Assembly (NCBI GenBank): GCA_963761335.1
Contig: CAVXGR010000024.1
Coordinates: forward strand, 128,001 to 192,000
Direction: 5' to 3'
Length of the DNA: 64,000 nucleotides
From: an uncultured delta proteobacterium
GTDB taxonomy: Bacteria; Desulfobacterota; Binatia; HRBIN30; BPIQ01
Shown piece after piece: positions 1 to 9,533 of this stretch. The notes under the pieces are model-generated. The model did not search any database and was not told where the DNA came from. It saw nothing but the letters and a program-made list of their open reading frames with translations. Each line of letters begins with the position of its first letter. The stretch's first letter is position 1. Position numbers and translations under genes: made by a program.

Positions 1-680
1 TGCGCCACTGAGCGGAAGAGCTTGAGCCCGTCCTCATGTCCGAGAAGGCGCTCGGTGGCGTGCTCCGGGTGTGGCATCATGCCGACGACGTTGCGCTCGC
101 GGTTGATGACGCTGGCGATGTTGTGCAGTGATCCGTTCGGATTGCCCTCCGCAGTGCTGCGGCCGCTGGCGTCGACATAGCGCAGGATCACCCGGCCTTC
201 TTCCTCGATCTCGTCCAGAATTTTCTGGTCGGCGATGTAGCAGCCCTCGCCGTGCTTGATGGGCAGGGTGAGCACCTCGCCGCGGGAGCACTGGTTGGTG
301 AACGGCGTGTCGGTGTTCTCGACGCGCACGTGCACGTCATCGCAGATGAAGCGCAGGCCGCGGTTGCGGATCAGGGCCCCGGGGAGGAGGCCGGCCTCGC
401 AGGCGATCTGGAAGCCGTTGCAGACGGCCATGACCAGTCCGCCGCCGGCGGCGAACTCGACGACGCTGGACATGATCGGCGAGAAGCGGGCCATGGCGCC
501 GCAGCGGAGATAGTCGCCGTAGGAGAATCCGCCGGGAAGGATGACGCAGTCGACGCCTTGGAGGCTGCGGTCCTTGTGCCAGAGGGGCACGGCGCTGTCG
601 CCGAGAACGTGCTCGACGGCATTGACCGCATCCTGATCGTCGTTGGAGCCTGGAAAGATGACGACCCCCCAGCGCATCAT
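1..680 (-). CDS. purQ: Phosphoribosylformylglycinamidine synthase glutaminase subunit (3' end runs off the window)
   Basis: Read manually, not in the ORF track: [15 protein letters not shown]...[14 protein letters not shown]...CNGFQ...MMPHPE; GGAGG RBS upstream. Confidence 0.95.
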   Translation of the reverse strand, partial: MMRWGVVIFPGSNDDQDAVNAVEHVLGDSAVPLWHKDRSLQGVDCVILPGGFSYGDYLRCGAMARFSPIMSSVVEFAAGGGLVMAVCNGFQIACEAGLLPGALIRNRGLRFICDDVHVRVENTDTPFTNQCSRGEVLTLPIKHGEGCYIADQKILDEIEEEGRVILRYVDASGRSTAEGNPNGSLHNIASVINRERNVVGMMPHPEHATERLLGHEDGLKLFRSVA

Positions 681-771
681 CGCCTCACCTCCCGCGTCGA
701 AACGCCCCCGCCGCCGCGGCGAGGGCCACACAGGCGACGACCATAGCGCAGCTCCGGCGTCGGAGTCGAGA

Positions 772-812
772 GCCTGTCCGGGGAGTGCCTGTCCGAGGAA
801 CCTGTCCCGGGG
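772..812. promoter_or_regulatory. Three short direct repeats (CCTGTCCgRGGa) just upstream of a putative purQ promoter
   Basis: CCTGTCCGGGGA 773-784, CCTGTCCGAGGA 788-799, CCTGTCCCGGGG 801-812; on the minus strand followed by TCGACT-N18-TATGGT. Confidence 0.4.
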
Positions 813-863
813 GAGGGATTCACATGGGGAGGATGCCCGGTCGGCGAAGCCTTTTCAATCGGG

Positions 864-1033
864 CATCTCCCCCGATTCCCCGTTCTCATTCCCGGTCCTC
901 ATCCCGTCGTTTTCCATTCGCTCCGACAGCCGCGAGCAGGCTCGATGCGCCTCTGGCCCTCACGTCGCCGGCAGAGCAATGGAAAACGACGGGATGAGGA
1001 CCGGGAATGAAAATGGAGAATCGGGGGCAGATG
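864..1033. mobile_element. MITE-like long inverted-repeat element, copy A
   Basis: ~55-bp arms 864-918 and 978-1033 are near-perfect reverse complements (core CTCATCCCGTCGTTTTCCATT); homologous copies at 13177, 56283, 59348. Confidence 0.75.
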
Positions 1034-1054
1034 GCGCAACCCGCCCGAAGAGTC

Positions 1055-1351
1055 TCAGCTCGCCCTGGCGAAGGGGACGCGGCCGGCGGCGGTGAGCAGG
1101 TAGCCGCAGGAACGTCCCGTCAGATCCCAGCAGCGTCCCTGGACATCCACGTGGCCGTGATAGCGGCCGTTCTCGTCGAGACGGATGCCGCTGTCGCTCA
1201 GGGCGCCACGATAAATGCCGTCGCGATCGCGGTAGTGGCCGACCTCATCGACATAGCCGAGATAGTTGCCGTGCTCGTCGAAGTGGTAGCGCGTCTCGGC
1301 GCGCAGCTTGTCTCTCCCGAAGGTCGCCTTCAGACCGCCCGTATGCATCAT
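1055..1351 (-). CDS. Small beta-hairpin repeat protein (DxxGxYxGxVD repeats, beta-flower-like); paralogue of 27780..28031
   Basis: GGGAGAG RBS before ATG; clear alignment with the paralogue; sigma54 motif upstream. Confidence 0.75.
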   Translation of the reverse strand: MMHTGGLKATFGRDKLRAETRYHFDEHGNYLGYVDEVGHYRDRDGIYRGALSDSGIRLDENGRYHGHVDVQGRCWDLTGRSCGYLLTAAGRVPFARAS

Positions 1352-1450
1352 TTTGCTCTCCCGAACTGTTACGCAGCTAGCGACCCACGGCCGCGGATTG
1401 CCCGCGACACCGCACCTGCCAGTGGAACTCCCGAGGCGAATCGCCGGAGC

Positions 1451-1467
1451 AGCAATCCCTCTGCCAG
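1451..1467 (-). promoter_or_regulatory. Sigma54 -24/-12 promoter
   Basis: CTGGCAGAGGGATTGCT (GG-N10-GC, near consensus); palindrome TTGCG-N6-CGCAA at 1570-1585 is a possible enhancer. Confidence 0.7.
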
Positions 1468-1600
1468 GACTCGCATGTCGGACGGCACTTGCCAGCGCGG
1501 CTGGCGGCCGGTCCTCATTGGTAGAAATCACCCAACGGAAGACCCAGTTTTACGTGGCGCAAGCCCGGCTTGCGCACTCCCGCAACGGCCGCTGCGATCT

Positions 1601-2806
1601 CTACTCTGACGGCGCAAAGCGCAGCGGTAGCCGCGTCGGTCCGAAGATGCCGGTCCTCGGCCGCCAGCGCACCTCGCCGTCGATCTGCAGATCGCGCAGG
1701 CGCCGCGACAGCACCAGCAGCGCTTCCTGCATCTCCGCGCGCGCCAGGTTCGCCCCGAGACAGTAGTGGGCTCCGCCGCCGAAGGTGAGTGGCGGCAGGG
1801 GGCGCTCGATCGTCATGTCGAAGGTCTCCGGCCGCCGGTGGGCGGCCGGATCGTGATTGGCCGCTCCCGTGGACAGCGTCAGCAAGGTGCCCGCGGGAAT
1901 GCGATAGTCGCCGACCTGCAGCTCTTCCCGCGCAATGCGAGGCGCGACGCTCACCGCTCCCGTGAACCGCAGGACCTCCTCGACGGCCGCACTCACGCGC
2001 TGCGGCTCGTCGGCGAGTAGGCGCCATTGCTCGGGATTGTGCGCGAACAGCTCCATGGCGATCCCCAGCTGGTTGCGGGTCGTATCGTAGCCGGCGAACA
2101 GCAGGGCGCCGATCATGCTGCGCAGCTCGATGGGGCTCAGGTGATCGCCGCCGTCCTCCGCCTGGATCAGTCGCGTCACCAGGTCGTCCTGCGGGTCCCG
2201 CCGGCGCGCTTCGATGAATCCTTCGAGATAACCCACGAGACCGTCGAACGCCGCCTGGATCTCGGGCATGCGCACCGCCAGCTCGAACGAGAGGACCCAG
2301 GTGAGGCCGTTGGCCCACCGTCCGAAACGGTCGTAGTCCTGGCGCGGCACGCCGAGCAGCTCGCAGATCATCTGGATCGGGTAGTGATCGGCGAAGTCGG
2401 CCATGAACTCGCAGGATCCGGCGCCGGCAAAACGCTCCACCAGCTCCTCGCTCAAGGCCCGCATCGATGGCCGCAGCACCTCGACCGAGCGCGGCGTGAA
2501 GGCCCGGCTGACGAGCTTGCGCAGCCGGGTGTGATCCTCGCCGTCCACGGAGAGCAGGGCGCGCGAGAGAAACTCGTACAGGACGCCGTCGGTGAGCCCT
2601 TGAAGGCGGACGATCGGCAGGAGCGAGCTGTCGAGGCGCCGATCAGCGAGCAGCGCTTCGACCTGGGCATGCTCGACGACCACGGCGCCGATGGCCGTCC
2701 GCGCCAGACAGCTCTGCGCCCGGACCGCGTCCATCGCGGCCGCGGGGTTCGCCTCGAACTCGGCGCTCAGAAAGTCGAGAAACGGGGCATCGTCAAGAGA
2801 CTTCAT
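1601..2806 (-). CDS. Cytochrome P450
   Basis: AGYDTT I-helix, EEVLR, FGGGAHYCLG heme-ligand motif. Confidence 0.97.
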   Translation of the reverse strand: MKSLDDAPFLDFLSAEFEANPAAAMDAVRAQSCLARTAIGAVVVEHAQVEALLADRRLDSSLLPIVRLQGLTDGVLYEFLSRALLSVDGEDHTRLRKLVSRAFTPRSVEVLRPSMRALSEELVERFAGAGSCEFMADFADHYPIQMICELLGVPRQDYDRFGRWANGLTWVLSFELAVRMPEIQAAFDGLVGYLEGFIEARRRDPQDDLVTRLIQAEDGGDHLSPIELRSMIGALLFAGYDTTRNQLGIAMELFAHNPEQWRLLADEPQRVSAAVEEVLRFTGAVSVAPRIAREELQVGDYRIPAGTLLTLSTGAANHDPAAHRRPETFDMTIERPLPPLTFGGGAHYCLGANLARAEMQEALLVLSRRLRDLQIDGEVRWRPRTGIFGPTRLPLRFAPSE

Positions 2807-2830
2807 GGGGACGTTGTCGATCCGCCGCCT

Positions 2831-3070
2831 CTACTCGAGCTCGAAGCGGTAGTCCTCGATGACGCCGTTGGCGATCAGCTGGCGGCACATGTCGTCGAGG
2901 CGCCGCGAGGCCTCCTCGCGGTCGCCGTCGCGCAGGCGCACCTCGACCAGCTTGCCCAGGCGGACCTCCTCGACCTCGTCGAAGCCGAGAGCGTGAAGGG
3001 AATGCTCGATCGCCTTTCCCTGTGGATCGAGGACGCCGCGTTTCAGTGTGACGTAGATGCGCGCCTGCAT
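2831..3070 (-). CDS. purS: FGAM synthase subunit PurS
   Basis: MQARIYVTLKRGVLDPQGKAI...LIANGVIEDY, 79 aa, RBS GAGGGGAG. Confidence 0.95.
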   Translation of the reverse strand: MQARIYVTLKRGVLDPQGKAIEHSLHALGFDEVEEVRLGKLVEVRLRDGDREEASRRLDDMCRQLIANGVIEDYRFELE

Positions 3071-3077
3071 TCTCCCC

Positions 3078-3545
3078 TCACTCACGCCCCGCGGCGCCGC
3101 CGGTATGCCCGAATCCCCCGGCACCGCGCGCGGTCGGTGCAATCGCCGGAGCCTCGTGCAGCTGGGCGCGGACCACCGGGCTGACAACGAGCTGGGCGAC
3201 GCGGTCGCCGCGCCGCACCACGAAATCGGCCTCGCCGAGGTTGACGAGTACCACTTTGATCTCACCGCGGTAGTCGGAGTCGATGGTCCCCGGGGAGTTG
3301 AGCAGGGTGACGCCGCTGTGCCAGGCGAGTCCGCTCCGCGGTCGGACCTGGCCCTCGAAGCCCGTCGGCAGCTCGAGGGCAATGCCGGTGGGAATCAGGG
3401 CCCGCTGTCGCGGCGGGATGACCGCCGGCTCTTCCACGTCGGCGCACAGGTCCATGCCGACCGATCCTTCGGTCATGTAGCTCGGCAGGGGAATGTCGGC
3501 GCGATCCGCGCGAACCCGCTTCACGGGCACGACCACCGACTGCAT
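3078..3545 (-). CDS. dut: dUTP diphosphatase
   Basis: GMDL, QVRPRSGLA, GTIDSDYRGE, RGAGGFGHTG motifs. Confidence 0.97.
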   Translation of the reverse strand: MQSVVVPVKRVRADRADIPLPSYMTEGSVGMDLCADVEEPAVIPPRQRALIPTGIALELPTGFEGQVRPRSGLAWHSGVTLLNSPGTIDSDYRGEIKVVLVNLGEADFVVRRGDRVAQLVVSPVVRAQLHEAPAIAPTARGAGGFGHTGGAAGRE

Positions 3546-3554
3546 CGTCCGCCC

Positions 3555-4814
3555 CTAGGCCGCGGCCAGGATGTCCTCTTTGAGGTCGCGACCCTTGAGG
3601 TCGCCGAGCAGCGTCAGCGTCATCCGCCGCGGCTGCGTCAGCTGCTGTACCAGCGCCACGATCTCCGGCATGGTCACCGCCTCGATGCGCGCCGCGACCT
3701 CTTCAGGCGAGACGTCGCCGCCGTAGTAGATCTCGTTCTTGGCGATGCGGTTCATGTGGTTGTCGCTGGTCTCGAGCCCGAGCAGGAGATTGCCTTTGAG
3801 CTGATTCTTCACGCGGCGCAGCTCCGGCTCCTGCAGCCCCTGCGCGGCAACGCGGTCGACCTCGGCGAGGATCAGTCCCACGACCTCCTCGACCCACTCC
3901 GGGCTGGTGCCCACGTAAATGCCGAGGTAGCCGGTGTCCTGATAGGCGGACAGGAACGAGTACACCGAGTAGGCGCGGCCGCGCCGCTCGCGGATCTCCT
4001 GGAAAAGGCGCGAGCTCATTCCCCCGCCGAGCGCGGTGTTGAGCAGATAGGCGGCGTAGCGCTGCGGCGACGCCTGCGGCAGGGCAGGGGTGCCGAGGCA
4101 GACGTGCACCTGCTCCAAGGGCTTCTCGGTGATGAAGAGCCCCTGCTGCGGCTGCGGCGCCGGTGCGGAAGAGGCGGGAGTCGTGCCGGTGAGGCTGCCG
4201 AACTCGCGTTCGGCCCAGTCGCAGAGGTCGGCGTGCCGCAGGTTGCCGGCGGCGGCGATGATGATGCGGTTCGGACGGTAACGCGCCTGCAGGAAGTCGA
4301 GAAAATCCTTCTGGCCGAAGCGCTCCACGGTTTCGACGCGGCCGCAGATCGGCAGCCCGAGGGCGTGGCCCGGCCAGAATCGCATGTTGAAGAGGTCGTG
4401 CACGTAGTCGTCGGGAGTGTCCTCCACCTGGAGGATCTCCTGCAGCACCACCGAGCGCTCGCGGTCGATCTCCACGGGGTCAAAGCGCGAGCGCAGAAAG
4501 ATGTCGGCGAGGACGTCCTGGGCGAGCGGCAGGTGCTCGGCCAGCACCTTGGCGTAGTAGCAGGTGTACTCCTTGCCGGTGAAGGCGTTGAGGATGCCGC
4601 CGACGGCGTCGATCTCCTCGGCGATCTGCGCCGCGTTGCGGCGCTCGGTCCCCTTGAAGAACAGGTGCTCGAGGAAGTGCGAGATCCCGCCCTGGGACTC
4701 GCTCTCGTACCGAGAGCCGTTCTCGACCCAGATGCCGAGCGTGGCCGAAGGCACGCCCGGCATCTCGGCAGACACTACGCGGAGGCCGTTGGTGAGCTGC
4801 GAACGGCTCACCAT
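3555..4814 (-). CDS. M16 family Zn peptidase
   Basis: HFLEH (HxxEH) motif, NAFT; usual position after pnp. Confidence 0.95.
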   Translation of the reverse strand: MVSRSQLTNGLRVVSAEMPGVPSATLGIWVENGSRYESESQGGISHFLEHLFFKGTERRNAAQIAEEIDAVGGILNAFTGKEYTCYYAKVLAEHLPLAQDVLADIFLRSRFDPVEIDRERSVVLQEILQVEDTPDDYVHDLFNMRFWPGHALGLPICGRVETVERFGQKDFLDFLQARYRPNRIIIAAAGNLRHADLCDWAEREFGSLTGTTPASSAPAPQPQQGLFITEKPLEQVHVCLGTPALPQASPQRYAAYLLNTALGGGMSSRLFQEIRERRGRAYSVYSFLSAYQDTGYLGIYVGTSPEWVEEVVGLILAEVDRVAAQGLQEPELRRVKNQLKGNLLLGLETSDNHMNRIAKNEIYYGGDVSPEEVAARIEAVTMPEIVALVQQLTQPRRMTLTLLGDLKGRDLKEDILAAA

Positions 4815-4817
4815 CGG

Positions 4818-6953
<2,136 letters not shown>

Positions 6954-7040
6954 GAGTTACCTCCCTGGTCCGCTCTTGGACGAACCCTGTGGTGTGGGAG
7001 GGAAGACGCTCGGGACGAGCAATCGAGCGCCGCCGCCCGC

Positions 7041-7310
7041 CTACTTGCGGATGCCGAGGCGTTCGATGACGTTCTTGTAGCGATTTGGATCGGAGCGCTT
7101 CAGGTAGTCCAACATGCGCCGGCGCTGGCCGACCAGCTTCAGAAGGCCGCGCCGGGAGTGATGATCCTTGGCGTGGCTCTTGAAGTGTTCGGTCAGGTAC
7201 TCGATCCGTGCGCTCAGCAACGCGATCTGGACTTCCGAGGATCCAGTATCCTTTTCGTGATACCGGAACCCTTCGATCAGCTCCCGCTTACGCTGCGGAA
7301 GAAGTCCCAT
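7041..7310 (-). CDS. rpsO: 30S ribosomal protein S15
   Basis: [12 protein letters not shown]...KDHHSRRGL, 89 aa. Confidence 0.99.
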   Translation of the reverse strand: MGLLPQRKRELIEGFRYHEKDTGSSEVQIALLSARIEYLTEHFKSHAKDHHSRRGLLKLVGQRRRMLDYLKRSDPNRYKNVIERLGIRK

Positions 7311-7436
7311 CTTTCCTCCAATTTCCTTTCTTGTTATCCGGGCTAGCTACCACAGCGCCACAGTGAAGTAAAGCTGCCGATGCGCGATCCGCACGCGGTT
7401 GAAATGCAGGCAAACGCCGGCGGCGCCCTGGCCAAT

Positions 7437-7485
7437 GTAGAAGCGGCGTCCCGCCGCTTCGGAGGCGCCGGGACGGCGCTTCTAC
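7437..7485. repeat. GTAG-type REP doublet (REPIN-like)
   Basis: GTAGAAGCGGCGTCCCGCCGCTTC followed by an inverted second REP ending CTAC; reverse complement matches 56401-56449 at 46/49 nt. Confidence 0.85.
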
Positions 7486-7563
7486 TTCGCGGATGCAATT
7501 GCGGTCGTTGCACCTGCGGCAGCTGGTTGATAGCTTTTCTGGGACGCGGTGGTCGGAACCAAA

Positions 7564-7995
7564 ATGGCGGGCAGAGATTCGAGCGGCTCCGGGGATGTGC
7601 CCAACCGGGTCGCAGATGGCGGGAGGCGTGTCCTGCTGATCGAGGACAACCTGGATTCGGCGGAGAGCATGCAGCTGCTGCTGCAGCTCGTCGGCCATCG
7701 GGTGTCGGTGGCCCACGACGGCTCCTCGGGACTGCGCGCCGCCCGCGAGCACCGGCCCGAGGTGGTGGTCTGCGATATCGGCATTCCGGGCGGCATGGAT
7801 GGCTACGAGATCGCCCGGCAGCTGCGCTCCAACCCGACAATGTCGTCGGCCTACCTGATCGCCCTGACCGGCTACGGCCAGGCCGAGGACAAGCGCCGCG
7901 CCCGCGAAGCAGGCTTCGACGCCCACCTCACCAAGCCGGCGGACCCCCAGCAGCTGCAGCGACTGATCATCGAGCTGCCCAGGCAGGCGTTCTAG
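7564..7995 (+). CDS. Stand-alone response regulator receiver protein
   Basis: LLIEDN, CDIGIPG, ALTG, LTKP; resembles the C-terminal REC domain of hybrid kinases; start uncertain. Confidence 0.9.
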   Translation: MAGRDSSGSGDVPNRVADGGRRVLLIEDNLDSAESMQLLLQLVGHRVSVAHDGSSGLRAAREHRPEVVVCDIGIPGGMDGYEIARQLRSNPTMSSAYLIALTGYGQAEDKRRAREAGFDAHLTKPADPQQLQRLIIELPRQAF

Positions 7996-8002
7996 CCCCG
8001 GG

Positions 8003-9268
8003 CTAGAGCCGGCAGATGGCGCCGTCGGCTTCGAGGCGGCGCTGCACTTCGCCGACCGGCAGGCGCGCCGCCGAAATCCCGGCGCCGGCGGCGATCGCGG
8101 CGGCCGTGCCCGCCGCCTGTCCGGTGGCCATGCACGGCGGGATTTCCTTGGTGGCGTGGTGGACTCGGTGGTCCACCGAGATGCAGCGGCCGGCAAAGAG
8201 CAGGTTCTCGTACTCGCGCGAAAGAAGGCAGCGGTAGGGAATCGAGTAGGTCGTGCCGTACCTGGTCCAGTTCCCGGTGACCGCGATCGAGTCGTCGAAG
8301 GGGAGGTCGGCATCCTCGCGGCGCAGGATGTAGGCGCCCCGCGGACGCCGGCTCTCGGTGATCCCCAGCTGGCTGGCGATGTCGGCGAGATAGGCCTTGG
8401 CGAACTGCGGCACCTCGCGGCGCAGGCGGTCGACCTCCTCCATGACCAGGCGCCTGCACTCGACCTCGGCCAAGGTCAGATCAACCGGGTCGGTGGCGTC
8501 GATCTTGCGCACCGCCGGCTCGGTGGCCCCCCACGGAAACAGCAGGCGGTCGCGCCCCGCGGTGTGAAAGAACCAGCCGCCGGCGGCGACGGCAGCCTCC
8601 GGGTCCTCGACGCCGCCCATGCGGAACCACAGCCATGGGCGCACCTTCTCCTTCTCGAAGGGAACGCCGGCGTGGGCGAAGAGGTCGCCGTCGCCGGTGG
8701 TGTCGATCACGGAGTTCGCGAGGATGGCGAAGCGCCCGCTCTTTCCCTCGAAGCAGACGCCGGCGATGCGCGGCCCGTCGCGAATGACGTCGGCGGCCCA
8801 GGAGTGGAGGAGCAGGCGGGCGCCGCTGCCGGCGACCATCGCATTGAGGGCGAAGCGCAGCTCTTCGGGATCGTAGGCGACCGAGTATCGCACCCGGTGC
8901 GGGCCGCCTCCCCAGACCAGGCCCCAGCGGCGATAGTGCTCCAGCAGCTCCGGGTCGCTGCTGGCCCACTCGGCCGGCGGTGGGAAGTGGGCGGCGCCGC
9001 GCCCGGCCATCCTCTCGGTGACCTCTTGGCAGAGGCCGCGTATCACCTGCCGTCCGTTGCCGTCGTCGAGCGTCAGCAGAAGGATGATCAGCCCGCCGCT
9101 CGCCAGCCCGCCGAGAGCGCCGTAGCGCTCCGCGAGAATGGTGTCGGCGCCGCAACGGGCGGCAGCGACGGCGGCCGCGGCCCCCGCAGTGCCGCCGCCG
9201 ACGACTAGGACCTGGGTCTCCGCCAGAACGGGAATGCGCCGCGCCGGCTCGTCAATGAACCGAGACAC
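8003..9268 (-). CDS. FAD-dependent oxidoreductase
   Basis: VVGGGTAG Rossmann motif, IDTTGDGD, IPYRCL...NLLFAGRCIS. Confidence 0.92.
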   Translation of the reverse strand: MSRFIDEPARRIPVLAETQVLVVGGGTAGAAAAVAAARCGADTILAERYGALGGLASGGLIILLLTLDDGNGRQVIRGLCQEVTERMAGRGAAHFPPPAEWASSDPELLEHYRRWGLVWGGGPHRVRYSVAYDPEELRFALNAMVAGSGARLLLHSWAADVIRDGPRIAGVCFEGKSGRFAILANSVIDTTGDGDLFAHAGVPFEKEKVRPWLWFRMGGVEDPEAAVAAGGWFFHTAGRDRLLFPWGATEPAVRKIDATDPVDLTLAEVECRRLVMEEVDRLRREVPQFAKAYLADIASQLGITESRRPRGAYILRREDADLPFDDSIAVTGNWTRYGTTYSIPYRCLLSREYENLLFAGRCISVDHRVHHATKEIPPCMATGQAAGTAAAIAAGAGISAARLPVGEVQRRLEADGAICRL

Positions 9269-9461
9269 GGGGACCGAGAGCGGCGAGCTGCACGGCTACC
9301 GGCGGCGCCTGATGGCGCATCATCTGCAGGTGAATCGATGCGCATCGGCCGACCGTCGGGCACACGGCGCTGCTCGCCGATGCGGCATGGACGACGTAGA
9401 CGACGAACAGAATGGCGCCGGCGATTCCCCAGGGAAAAGCGGAGGAGCGTTTGCGATTCAC
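9252..9461 (-). CDS. Possible small exported/membrane protein
   Basis: Basic N-terminus, hydrophobic stretch and Cys pair; TTGCCC-N18-TATTCT ends 7 nt before GTG (leaderless-like); overlaps the next gene start by 17 nt. Confidence 0.35.
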   Translation of the reverse strand: MNRKRSSAFPWGIAGAILFVVYVVHAASASSAVCPTVGRCASIHLQMMRHQAPPVAVQLAALGPRVSVH

Positions 9462-9533
9462 GGTTCGCAGAATAGCGCACCTGCGGTGGCCCGGGCAAGA
9501 ACGCCTTTCGCTCTCCGCGGGGCCCCCCGATGT

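Noticed and set aside
681..870. Possible purine-related riboswitch upstream of purQ
   Set aside because: No recognisable ZTP, PRPP or guanine aptamer consensus; a putative promoter lies close to the gene and leaves little leader
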